From: Candidatus Paceibacter normanii SCGC AAA255-P19
GTDB lineage: Bacteria > Patescibacteriota > Minisyncoccia > Minisyncoccales > Paceibacteraceae
Reading direction: 5' to 3'
DNA length: 64,000 nucleotides
Assembly (NCBI GenBank): GCA_000398025.1
Contig: ASKX01000003.1
Span: 6,143 to 70,142 of the forward strand
Below the pieces are notes generated by a model, which saw nothing but the letters and a program-made list of their open reading frames with translations, made no database searches and was not told the origin of the DNA. Below, piece by piece: positions 52,351 to 63,459 of this stretch (position 1 is the stretch's first letter; every line of letters begins with the position of its first letter). Both the position numbers and the translations under genes were made by a program.

Positions 52351-52632
52351 GTGGCTGTCACTTTTCTCGAAAAAAGAAAAAGATTAAGATTTTTAATGCC
52401 GGTTTTGGCTGGAATAGTTTTAATTACAGCCGTTATTATTTGGCGAGGTTTTTTTGTCAAAGAAGAGCCCTTTCCTACTGAAGAACCTTCACGGCTAACC
52501 CACGAGGTAGAAATAAATTTCCAGGTCTTAGAAAGCACTAAACTGGAGAATTTACAAGTTTTTGAAAAAACCCCTCCCTTGGAAGAGGAAGCCGGTCGAG
52601 AAAACCCCTTCTTACCCTCTCAAAAAAAATGA
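52351..52632 (+). CDS. Small membrane protein, fourth member of the pilMNO operon (second copy)
   Basis: GTG start, one TM, C-terminal GRENPFLP. Compare YPDPFR in 21198..21497. Confidence 0.5.
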   Translation: MAVTFLEKRKRLRFLMPVLAGIVLITAVIIWRGFFVKEEPFPTEEPSRLTHEVEINFQVLESTKLENLQVFEKTPPLEEEAGRENPFLPSQKK

Positions 52633-54350
52633 GCTTAATTCAACAACTAGTCAAAAAAGGAGTTTTAGAAAAAGAGAAAGCCACCTCTTTAGAATTTGAG
52701 ATCAAAGAGAGTGGCAAGAAAGAAGAAGAAGTGATTTTGGAAAAGGGAATTACCAGCGAAGAGTCTTTGTTTAATCTAAAAAGTGAAAACTTAAAAATAC
52801 CCCTGAAAGAGGTAGCCGCTCAAGACATTTCTTTAGAAACTTTAGAGTTGATCCCTGAAGAAACCGCCAAGCATTATCAAATGATCCCCCTAAAGAAAAA
52901 AGAAAATCTTTTAGAGGTAGGAATGATTTATCCTGAAGATCTCAAAACCCAGGAAGCTCTGAAATTCTTAGCTCGCCGCGAGAGGTTTAGTTTCCGAGTT
53001 TTTCTAATTACCCCTACCACTTTTAACAACCTCTTAAAACAATACCGTACCTTAAGAAGAGAAGTTGGCCAGGCCTTAGAAGAGCTGGAGACCGAATTGA
53101 AGACTGAAAAGATTCGGCTTCCCAGAACAGCCGCTGAGTTTGAAAGGCTGGCTGAAGAAGCTCCGATCACCAAAATTGTGGCTGTAGTTTTAAGGCACGC
53201 CGTTGAAAGTAAGGCCTCGGATATCCATATTGAGCCCACTCGGAAGAAGTTAAGAGTACGTTTTAGATTATTAGGATTTCTTCATTCTTCCATCCTTTTG
53301 CCTTTAAGGATTCACCCCGCCGTAGTGGCTAGAGTTAAAATCCTTTCCAATTTAAAGATTGACGAAACTAGAATTCCCCAAGACGGGAGGTTTTCTACTA
53401 AAATAGATAATAAAGACATTGATTTTCGAGTCTCTACTTTCCCTACTACCTTAGGAGAGAAGGCAGCAATTAGAGTTTTAGATCCTTCGATGGGAATGAA
53501 AGAATTTGGAGAATTGGGGTTGGAAGGTAGAAATTATGAGACAACCAACCGAGCCACTAAAAAACCTTACGGCCTTATCTTGACCTGCGGGCCAACTGGC
53601 TGTGGCAAAACCACCACTCTTTATGCTTTCTTGACTCGCTTAAACAAAGAAGAAAAAAACATTGTTACCTTAGAAGATCCGGTGGAGTATTTTATTGAGG
53701 GAGTAAATCAATCCCAAATTAGGCCGGAAATCGGCTACGACTTCCCGATTGGCTTGCGGCACGTTCTTCGTCAAGACCCCGACATTATTATGGTGGGTGA
53801 AATCCGAGACGAAGAAACGGCTTCCTTAGTTATCCATGCAGCCTTAACCGGCCACTTAGTTTTGTCCACCCTTCATACCTCCAATGCTTTAGGAGCTATT
53901 CCCCGACTGATTGATTTGGGAATTCAACCTTATTTGATTTCTCCCACTTTGAATTGTATTGTTTCCCAAAGGTTGGTTAGAAGACTGTGTGATGATTGTA
54001 AAAAGAAGGTTAGGCCTAAAAAAGAGATTAAGGATTTAATCCTTAAAGAGGTAGAAAATCTTCCTCCCCAAGTTAAAAAAACAGTTAAAGTCCCCAAACC
54101 TTTAATGATTTGGGAGGCCCAGGGCTGTAAAAAATGTAACAATGAAGGTTTCAGCGGTCGGGTTGCTCTTTTCGAAGTTTTAGAAATGTCTGATAACTTA
54201 GAAGATATAATTTTAGAAATGCCTACTGTAGAAAAAATCGCTGGAGAGGCGAAGCTGCAAGGTATGGTTAATATGAAACAGGACGGCATCCTCAAGGTTT
54301 TAAGCGGAACAACGACTATTGAGGAAATTTTAAGAACAACCGAAGAATGA
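52629..54350 (+). CDS. pilB: Type IV pilus assembly ATPase PilB/GspE family (second copy)
   Basis: Walker A GPTGCGKTTT, LRQDPDIIMVGEIRD, and tetracysteine CDDC...CKKC. Confidence 0.9.
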   Translation: MSLIQQLVKKGVLEKEKATSLEFEIKESGKKEEEVILEKGITSEESLFNLKSENLKIPLKEVAAQDISLETLELIPEETAKHYQMIPLKKKENLLEVGMIYPEDLKTQEALKFLARRERFSFRVFLITPTTFNNLLKQYRTLRREVGQALEELETELKTEKIRLPRTAAEFERLAEEAPITKIVAVVLRHAVESKASDIHIEPTRKKLRVRFRLLGFLHSSILLPLRIHPAVVARVKILSNLKIDETRIPQDGRFSTKIDNKDIDFRVSTFPTTLGEKAAIRVLDPSMGMKEFGELGLEGRNYETTNRATKKPYGLILTCGPTGCGKTTTLYAFLTRLNKEEKNIVTLEDPVEYFIEGVNQSQIRPEIGYDFPIGLRHVLRQDPDIIMVGEIRDEETASLVIHAALTGHLVLSTLHTSNALGAIPRLIDLGIQPYLISPTLNCIVSQRLVRRLCDDCKKKVRPKKEIKDLILKEVENLPPQVKKTVKVPKPLMIWEAQGCKKCNNEGFSGRVALFEVLEMSDNLEDIILEMPTVEKIAGEAKLQGMVNMKQDGILKVLSGTTTIEEILRTTEE

Positions 54351-54402
54351 TGAGAACCTTGTCCTCATCATTACCTTCGCTTTTATAAATAAAAGCTCGG
54401 TG
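54340..54402 (-). repeat. R1 repeat (AT-rich hairpin 1 variant) between pilB2 and the receiver gene
   Basis: Minus strand reads CACCGAGCT-tttatttataaa-AGCGAAGGTAAT-GATGAG-gacaaggtt-CTCATC-ATTCTTCGG. Confidence 0.65.
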
Positions 54403-54423
54403 AATAATAAAAATATGGTGAAG

Positions 54424-54793
54424 ATGATGAAGAAAATTTTGCTAGTTGAAGACGACCCATTTTTAATAGATATTTACACCACTAAATTGAAAGAAGTGGG
54501 ATTTTCGGTAGAAGTGGCTACTGATGGGGAAGAAGGAGTGAAAAAAGCTAAAGAGCTTTCCCTCGATTTAATAGTTTTAGATATTGTCCTTCCTCAAATT
54601 GATGGTTGGGAGATTTTAAAAAAGATTAAAGCCCATGCTCCCCTAAAAAATACCCCGGTGGTTATCTTGTCTAATCTTGGCCAAAAAAAATGAAGTCGAA
54701 AAAGGAATTAAATTGGGAGCGGCTAAATATCTAATCAAAGCTCACTATACCCCGAGCGAAGTAATTGCGGAAATTAAAAAAGTTTTACATTAA
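54424..54793 (+). CDS. Single-domain response regulator, reading frame broken in an A8 run
   Basis: MMKKILLVEDD...DLIVLDIVLPQIDG. The ORF stops at 54693. Removing one A (54683..54690) restores NEVEKGIKLGAAKYLIKAHYTPSEVIAEIKKVLH and a stop at 54793. Confidence 0.7.
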
Positions 54794-54796
54794 TTT

Positions 54797-55867
54797 ATGA
54801 ACAATTATCAGAAACAACTAAAAGAATTGCTGTCGATTACTGTCCAAGAGCAATCCTCGGATTTACATTTTTCAATCGGTCACCCGCCGGTTTTACGTTT
54901 ATCAGGCAGATTGATTCCTTTAATGAAAAGAAAAAACCTCTCGCCAGAAGACCTAAAAGGTTTAGCTGCAGCTTTAATGGCAGATGACCAAAAAGCCAGA
55001 TTTGCCGCCCAAAAAGAAGTAGATTTTTCCTATAATTTCACTGAAAAAGGAGCTCGCTTCCGGGTAAATATTTTTCTTCAAAGCGGAGAAGTTTCTTGTG
55101 CTCTTCGTTTAATTCCAGCCAAAATCCGAACTGTTGAAGAGTTAAATCTTCCGCCGGTTTTGCATGAGTTCACCAGATCCTCTCAAGGGTTTGTTTTAAT
55201 TACCGGGCCTTCCTCTCAAGGAAAATCTACTACTTTAGCCGCCCTTGTCGACGAAGTCAATCATACTCGGACCGACCACATTATCACTATTGAAGATCCT
55301 ATTGAATATGTTTTTACTGACGACCGGGCCATCATTGACCAGAGAGAGGTTTATCAAGATACTCTTTCTTTCTCTCGGGCTCTGCGTTCTACTTTCCGCC
55401 AAGACCCCGACGTAATTATGGTGGGTGAAATGCGCGACCCTGAAACCATCGCCACCGCTATTACAGCTGCTGAAACCGGTCATTTAGTTTTTGCTACTCT
55501 TCATACTAATTCCGCTGCCCAAACCATTCACCGAGTAGTTGATAGTTTTCCTTCTTCCCAGCAAGACCAAATCCGAGCTCAATTGTCGGGTTCTCTTTTG
55601 GGAGTGGTTTCCCAACGACTCATCCCTAGAATTAAAGGCGGCTTGATTCCAGCCTGCGAGGTAATGATTTCCAGCCCCGCTGTAGCTAATCTAATCCGAG
55701 AGAACAAAATTCATGAGCTTCCCTTAGTAATTGAAACTTCAGCTGAAAGAGGAATGATCTCTTTGAACCGAGCTCTGGCTAATTTAGTAAAAAGAAAAGA
55801 AATTTCCCTAGAAAACGCCCTAACTTATTCCTTGAATCCAGCCGAGCTAAAGATGCTCATCCGCTAA
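54797..55867 (+). CDS. pilT: Twitching-motility retraction ATPase PilT
   Basis: 356 aa. Walker A GPSSQGKSTT, FRQDPDVIMVGEMRD, and GHLVFATLHT. Confidence 0.9.
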   Translation: MNNYQKQLKELLSITVQEQSSDLHFSIGHPPVLRLSGRLIPLMKRKNLSPEDLKGLAAALMADDQKARFAAQKEVDFSYNFTEKGARFRVNIFLQSGEVSCALRLIPAKIRTVEELNLPPVLHEFTRSSQGFVLITGPSSQGKSTTLAALVDEVNHTRTDHIITIEDPIEYVFTDDRAIIDQREVYQDTLSFSRALRSTFRQDPDVIMVGEMRDPETIATAITAAETGHLVFATLHTNSAAQTIHRVVDSFPSSQQDQIRAQLSGSLLGVVSQRLIPRIKGGLIPACEVMISSPAVANLIRENKIHELPLVIETSAERGMISLNRALANLVKRKEISLENALTYSLNPAELKMLIR

Positions 55868-57072
55868 TGAAGTTTAACTATCAGGCCAGAAACAAAAAAG
55901 GGGAAGTTCAATCAGGTACTGTTGAGGCCTCTTCCAGAGAAGCAGCCATTGTTCTTTTACAAAAACATGGATTATATGTCACCGTTTTAGAAAAAGCCGA
56001 AGCTCCTCCGGTTTATGCCAAAAGAATAAAAATTTTTGAAAAAGTTTCGGCTAAAGAACTAGTTTTATTTTCTCGGCAGCTCTCCATTCTTTTTAAATCA
56101 AAGGTTTCCTTAGTCGAATCCTTGCAGGTGCTAGCTATTCAAACCAAGAATGCTAGTTTTAAAGAAAAAATTTTTAGGTTAGCTGAAGATGTTGAAGGCG
56201 GCACTTCTCTTTCTGGTGCTCTTTCCCGTCATCCTAAAGTCTTCACCTCTTTTTATGTTGCTATGGTTAAAGCCGGGGAAACCTCGGGAAAATTATCTGA
56301 AGCTTTAAGCTATTTAGCTGAGCACTTAGAAAGAGAATATCACTTGGCTTCCCGAATAAAAGGAGCGATGCTTTATCCGGCGGTGATTGTTTTGGTAGCT
56401 GTGGTGGTGCTGGCTTTAATGATGTTTTTTGTTGTTCCCCAGCTTACCAAAGTTCTTACTGAGACCGGGGGAGAGCTGCCGGCCGTTACTAGAATGATTA
56501 TTGGCCTTTCTGACTTTTTAAAACACTGGGGTTGGACATTAATTTTGATAATTATTGGTATGACCATAGCCATCTTCAGGTATCATCGTACCAAAAAAGG
56601 CAAAGAATTTTTTGATAAGTTTTTTCTCCGGCTTCCTCTAATTAGCCCTCTGATAAAAATGGTTCATTTATCTCGTTTTGCTGAAAACCTTTCTACTCTA
56701 ATTTCCGGCGGCTTGCCCATCGCTCAGGCCTTAGAAACTACCGGTAATATTGTCGGCAATGCTGTTTATAAAGAAATTATTTTTAAAGCCAGAGACGAGG
56801 TAAGAAAAGGGGAGCCCATTTCTTCGGTGCTGGCTCGTTTTCCCGGCGCTTTCCCGCCAGTCTTTACTCAGATGGCTTTGGTCGGAGAAAGGACGGGTAC
56901 CTTAGATAAAACTTTGATGAATTTGGTTGATTTTTATCAAGAAGAAGTTGACAGAACAATTAATAATCTTTTGGGAATTTTAGAGCCGCTTTTGATCGTC
57001 TTTTTAGGATTGGTTGTGGCTGGTTTGATGGCGGCCATTTTGATGCCTCTTTACCGCATGGCCGGCATCTAG
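55867..57072 (+). CDS. pilC: Type IV pilus platform protein PilC/GspF (second copy)
   Basis: 401 aa, two GspF repeats, three TM segments. Ends MPLYRMAGI. Confidence 0.9.
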   Translation: MKFNYQARNKKGEVQSGTVEASSREAAIVLLQKHGLYVTVLEKAEAPPVYAKRIKIFEKVSAKELVLFSRQLSILFKSKVSLVESLQVLAIQTKNASFKEKIFRLAEDVEGGTSLSGALSRHPKVFTSFYVAMVKAGETSGKLSEALSYLAEHLEREYHLASRIKGAMLYPAVIVLVAVVVLALMMFFVVPQLTKVLTETGGELPAVTRMIIGLSDFLKHWGWTLILIIIGMTIAIFRYHRTKKGKEFFDKFFLRLPLISPLIKMVHLSRFAENLSTLISGGLPIAQALETTGNIVGNAVYKEIIFKARDEVRKGEPISSVLARFPGAFPPVFTQMALVGERTGTLDKTLMNLVDFYQEEVDRTINNLLGILEPLLIVFLGLVVAGLMAAILMPLYRMAGI

Positions 57073-57082
57073 TTTTCCACTT

Positions 57083-57165
57083 GCCCCGTTAGAGTGGAGC
57101 ATTATACAATAAAGTAACTTGATTATTTTTAGAGGGCCCGAGAATAAGGGTTACTCTAACGGGGC
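57083..57165 (+). promoter_or_regulatory. 13-bp long-range stem enclosing 57 nt, followed by a U-tract, upstream of the first pilin gene
   Basis: GCCCCGTTAGAGT (57083..57095) pairs perfectly with ACTCTAACGGGGC (57153..57165). CTTGCTTTTTTATTTT follows. Confidence 0.5.
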
Positions 57166-57200
57166 TTGCTTTTTTATTTTGATATATTAGAATAAATTAA

Positions 57201-57692
57201 ATGAAAAGAGGTTTCACTTTAGTTGAGCACGAACGCTTGAAAAGCGGAGGGCGAAACGAGGGGTTTACCCTCGTTGAGCTACTGGTAGTGATTACCATTA
57301 TTGGAATCTTATCCACTATGGTTTTGGTTTCTCTGGGCGGAGCCAGAGCTAAGGCCAGAGATGCTAAAAGAGAGTCAGATATTAGGCAGATTGTTTTAGC
57401 TATGGAATTAGATTACTCAGACGATGAGAAGTATTCTCAATATACTCCTGACGAATGGGGAACAGTCAGAAAAATTTCCAAAGCTACCGGAAACTATTTA
57501 AATCCTGTTCCTATAGACCCAAAAGGCGCAGCTTACAGCTGGATAGATAATATTTCTGGTACTACCGGTTGCGATAATCAGAGCTACTGTCTTTTTGCCG
57601 AATTGGAAGCTGAAGTTGGCTATTTTTTTGGCGGCTCCAAAAAAGGAACCAGAAAATTAGAGGAGGCGCCAACAGGTTGTCCTTGTTGGTAA
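57201..57692 (+). CDS. Type IV pilin with duplicated GFTLVE leader segment
   Basis: MKRGFTLVE-HERLKSGGRNE-GFTLVELLVVITIIGILSTMVLV. C-terminal Cys pairs. In-frame TTG 57237 is an alternative start. Confidence 0.8.
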   Translation: MKRGFTLVEHERLKSGGRNEGFTLVELLVVITIIGILSTMVLVSLGGARAKARDAKRESDIRQIVLAMELDYSDDEKYSQYTPDEWGTVRKISKATGNYLNPVPIDPKGAAYSWIDNISGTTGCDNQSYCLFAELEAEVGYFFGGSKKGTRKLEEAPTGCPCW

Positions 57693-57739
57693 AAACTTTT
57701 ATAAAGAAGGTCGAGAAATAATAATCAACTATTACTAAT

Positions 57740-58183
57740 ATGAAAAAGAAAAAGGGATTTACCTTAATTGAATTATTGGTGGTCATTGCTGTCATTGGTA
57801 TGCTGGCCTCCATTGTTTTGGTTCAGTTGGGGCCGGTCAGAGCCAAAGCCAGAGATGCTAAACGTCGTCAGGATTTCGCTCAGATAGCTCAAGCTATGGC
57901 TTTGTGCTATATAGATAAGGATTGCGGAGCCGGAGAAGACAAACACATTAAGCAGGCCGACATGCCAAGCTCAATTGATACCGATAACACTCCAGTCTTG
58001 TTAGGTTCAGTCCCCACTAAAACCGGTGACACAACTTATGCTTGGTGGACTAACGTTGGTGATGACCAAACCTATTGCATCTCTGTTGATTTGGAAACGG
58101 ATGGTTATCTTTGTGCCTCCCGAGCCGGAGTGGTGGAAGGCAGCACTGTGCCTACGGCAATAAAAACCGGTTGTTGCAAATAA
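57740..58183 (+). CDS. Type IV pilin
   Basis: [28 protein letters not shown] is a class III signal. C-terminal Cys residues. Confidence 0.85.
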   Translation: MKKKKGFTLIELLVVIAVIGMLASIVLVQLGPVRAKARDAKRRQDFAQIAQAMALCYIDKDCGAGEDKHIKQADMPSSIDTDNTPVLLGSVPTKTGDTTYAWWTNVGDDQTYCISVDLETDGYLCASRAGVVEGSTVPTAIKTGCCK

Positions 58184-58248
58184 GTTTTTCAAAAATAACA
58201 AAGGTCGAACCTAACTTGTTAATGATTATTAATCGGTAATTTGTTATC

Positions 58249-58764
58249 ATGATTCAACTATTCACTAGAAAACACCGCGGTTTTACTTTAATTGAATTAT
58301 TGGTAGTTATCGCTATTATTGGAATTTTAGCCGGGATTGTTTTGGTATCTTTGGGCGGCGCCAGAAGTAAAGCTAGAGATGCCGCCAGGCAATCTGATAT
58401 GCGCCAGGTGGTAACTGCCCAAGAAATGGTTTACGGCGACGATGAAGCTTATGAAACAGTAGCTGGCAGCACAACTGGAATTCCAGCCATTGCCAATAGC
58501 ACTGGTACAGAATACTTCCCAGCTACCAACGATCCCAAGTCAGGGTCTAATTATATCTGGCTGGATAATACCGTAGATTACGATGATACCGGTACCGCTT
58601 GCGTGATAGGGGAATATTTCTGTGGTTATGCTACCCTGGAAAATAAACCTGCCGAATGTACTGGTACTGCTTATTACTACGCCACCTCAGAGCAAGGAAG
58701 TAGGGTGGTTTGTGATACTGCCCCGGCCTACGATGCAGTTGCTAATGATTGCGCTTGCTACTAA
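58249..58764 (+). CDS. Type IV pilin
   Basis: [27 protein letters not shown] is a class III signal. C-terminal Cys residues. Confidence 0.85.
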   Translation: MIQLFTRKHRGFTLIELLVVIAIIGILAGIVLVSLGGARSKARDAARQSDMRQVVTAQEMVYGDDEAYETVAGSTTGIPAIANSTGTEYFPATNDPKSGSNYIWLDNTVDYDDTGTACVIGEYFCGYATLENKPAECTGTAYYYATSEQGSRVVCDTAPAYDAVANDCACY

Positions 58765-58780
58765 GAGAGTTTAGGGAGTC

Positions 58781-58808
58781 AAAAAACCGGCGGAAGCCGG
58801 TTTTTTCT
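58781..58808 (+). terminator. Rho-independent terminator after the pilin genes
   Basis: AAAAA-ACCGGC-ggaa-GCCGGT-TTTTTC. Confidence 0.75.
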
Positions 58809-58841
58809 TTGAATTAAAAATGTTAAAATCTAAGAATAATC

Positions 58842-59610
58842 ATGATTATATTAATTCATCTTTTTTATTTTCCTTCTTGGCTTGGCAGCGGGATCCTTTT
58901 TAAACTGTATTATTTACCGCTTACAAACTGGTGAAGGGTTTTTAAAAGGCAGGTCTTTTTGCCCTTATTGTAAACACGAATTATCCTGGCCAGATTTAAT
59001 CCCCGTCTTTAGCTTTCTATTATTGAAAGGCAAATGCCGCTATTGCCAAAAACCCATCTCTATCCAATACCCCTTAGTAGAGCTCGCCACTGCCCTAATT
59101 TTTTTATTAATTTTCGTATTCAATATTCAATATTCTATATTCTACATTCTTATTTCCTGCTTTTTGATAATTATTTTTGTTTATGACTTAAAACACTACA
59201 TTATTCCCGACAAAATCGTCTATCCAGCCATCATTCTTACCTTAATTTTCAATTTCCAATTTACAATTTTCAATCAATTTTCAATTTTTCAATTTTCAAT
59301 TTTGAGCGCAGTTGGAGCAGCGGCCTTCTTTGGAGCATTGGTCTTAGTTTCCCGGGGAGAATGGATGGGTGTTGGCGATATAAAACTGGCCTTTTTGATG
59401 GGATTGGTTCTGGGTTGGCCGAACATTCTGGTGGCTTTGTTTTTGGCTTTTTTTATCGGCGCTATAATAGGATTAGGGTTAATCATTTTGGGAAAGAAAA
59501 CCTTAAAATCAGAAGTGCCCTTCGGCCCCTTTCTGGTTGCGGGCACATTCATTGCTCTATTTTGGGGAGAAAAGATTATTAATTGGTATATTGATTTATT
59601 TAGTCGATGA
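58842..59610 (+). CDS. pilD: Prepilin peptidase (A24 family) PilD, N-terminus out of frame at a T6 run
   Basis: ORF 58882.. begins LAAGSFLNCIIYRL, with zinc motif CPYC...CRYC and GVGDIKL. ATG 58842 (MIILIHLF) joins it if one T of 58861..58866 is removed. Confidence 0.8.
59116..59157. repeat. ATATTCN heptamer run inside pilD
   Basis: GTATTCA-ATATTCA-ATATTCT-ATATTCT-ACATTCT-TATTTCC, encoding VFNIQYSIFYILIS. Confidence 0.6.
59244..59304. repeat. CAATTTY heptamer array (R2) inside pilD
   Basis: AATTTTC, AATTTCC, AATTTAC, AATTTTC, AATC, AATTTTC, AATTTTTC, AATTTTC, AATTTTG. It encodes [18 protein letters not shown]. Confidence 0.75.
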
Positions 59611-60116
59611 ATAAAAAAGGATTTACTTTAGTAGAGTTATTAGTGGTGGTGGGAATTATTGTTATTTTATCATCCATTATTTTGTCAGACTATCAGACGG
59701 GCAGAAAGCAGCTTTCCCTTCAGCGCTCGGTTCATATGCTATCCCAAGATTTAAGAAGAGCAGAAGAGATGAGCATGTCAGCCACGGCTTATAATTGTCC
59801 AACCGGCTACAAAATGAAGGGTTACGGGATAAACCTAACTGCCGGGCAAGATTTTTATTGGTTAAAAGCTAGGTGCGAAAACACAACTACGCCCGGAGAT
59901 TATGACGACCAAACTGTTGGCGGTAAAATAGATCTAGAGGAGGGAGTACAGATATTATCAGCCACTTCTTCTTATGTCTTTTTTTATCCGCCAGACCCCG
60001 AAGTAGTTTTTGAAGATAGCGACCCAATGGAGGTAACCCTTTGTTTGAAAGCCGACGCGACTCAGGCAGGAACCGTTCAAATAAATAAAGCTGGTTTAAT
60101 CAATATCAATGAATAA
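59607..60116 (+). CDS. Prepilin-type minor pilin/pseudopilin
   Basis: MNKKGFTLVELLVVVGIIVILSSIIL. ATGA overlap with pilD. Confidence 0.8.
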   Translation: MNKKGFTLVELLVVVGIIVILSSIILSDYQTGRKQLSLQRSVHMLSQDLRRAEEMSMSATAYNCPTGYKMKGYGINLTAGQDFYWLKARCENTTTPGDYDDQTVGGKIDLEEGVQILSATSSYVFFYPPDPEVVFEDSDPMEVTLCLKADATQAGTVQINKAGLININE

Positions 60117-60591
60117 AGGTTTCACTTTAATAGAGGTTTTAACCGCTTCTTTTGTTATTACCCTGGGAGTAGTTGGGGTTTTAGCTATGGTTAATCAAAC
60201 TGTCGCCTACACCCAAGTACAATCCTCTCGCCTGACGGCTGCTTACCTTGCCCAAGAAGGAATTGAAATTGTCAAAAATATCAGAGATACCAATTTTCTT
60301 CAAATCCACAAAGGAATAGAAGGGGTTAGTTGGGATACTGGTTTAACCGATTGCGCTGAGGGCTGCGAAGCTGATTATAATGATTTAGATTTAGCCTCTA
60401 CCGATCGTTATCTTAAACTTAATGGCGGGTTTTACAATTACGATTCTAGCACCGATACCAAATTTAAAAGAAAAATTACCATTACTCCAGATACCGACAA
60501 ATTAGAAGTGGTAGTGGAAGTTTCTTGGCAGGAAAGAGGCAGAGAACACAAAGTTGCTGCTCAAGAAAATATCTATCGATGGTGGGAATAA
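60109..60591 (+). CDS. Prepilin-type minor pilin (PilV-like)
   Basis: MNKGFTLIEVLTASFVITLGVVGVLAM. Overlaps the upstream gene. Confidence 0.75.
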   Translation: MNKGFTLIEVLTASFVITLGVVGVLAMVNQTVAYTQVQSSRLTAAYLAQEGIEIVKNIRDTNFLQIHKGIEGVSWDTGLTDCAEGCEADYNDLDLASTDRYLKLNGGFYNYDSSTDTKFKRKITITPDTDKLEVVVEVSWQERGREHKVAAQENIYRWWE

Positions 60592-61118
60592 AATCAAAAA
60601 GAACAAAAGGATTTACCTTGGTTGAACTATTAGTGGCTATAGTGATTTTTTCTATTATTGGAGGAATTGCCGCCGGAGTTTTGCTGTCTGGTTTGCGAGC
60701 TCAAAGGCAATCTCTGGCTTATCAGGAACTTTTAGGCCAAACCAGTTATCTAATGGAATATATGAGCCGGGCTTTAAGGATGGCCAAAAAAGATTTAGAC
60801 GGCAGCTGTACCGGTGTCCTTAACTTAAATTATCGAGTGAGCGATAGCGAGGTTGAATTTGTAAATCACAGCGGCGATTGCCAAAAGTTTTATCTCTCTG
60901 AAAATCGGCTCAAAGAAGACAAAAACAAGGGATCGCAGATTTCTAATTTAACTTCAGCTAATCTGCGAGTTTCTCGGTTTGATATTGATCCTTTGGGCGG
61001 GCTTCAAACCGATGATTTTCAACCCAGAATAGCCATTTTTTTTGGCAATTGAAGGAAAAGAGAAGTCCAAAATTAACATTCAAACCACGGTTTCTCAAAG
61101 AAACCCTGACGTACCTAA

Positions 61119-61122
<4 letters not shown>
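60579..61122 (+). CDS. Prepilin-type minor pilin (PilW-like), frame broken in a T8 run
   Basis: MVGIKSKRTKGFTLVELLVAIVIFSIIGG. The ORF stops at 61052. Removing one T (61036..61043) extends it to ...IFLAIEGKEKSKINIQTTVSQRNPDVPK, with TGA 61120..61122 overlapping the next ATG. Confidence 0.7.
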
Positions 61123-63458
<2,336 letters not shown>

Positions 63459-63459
<1 letters not shown>

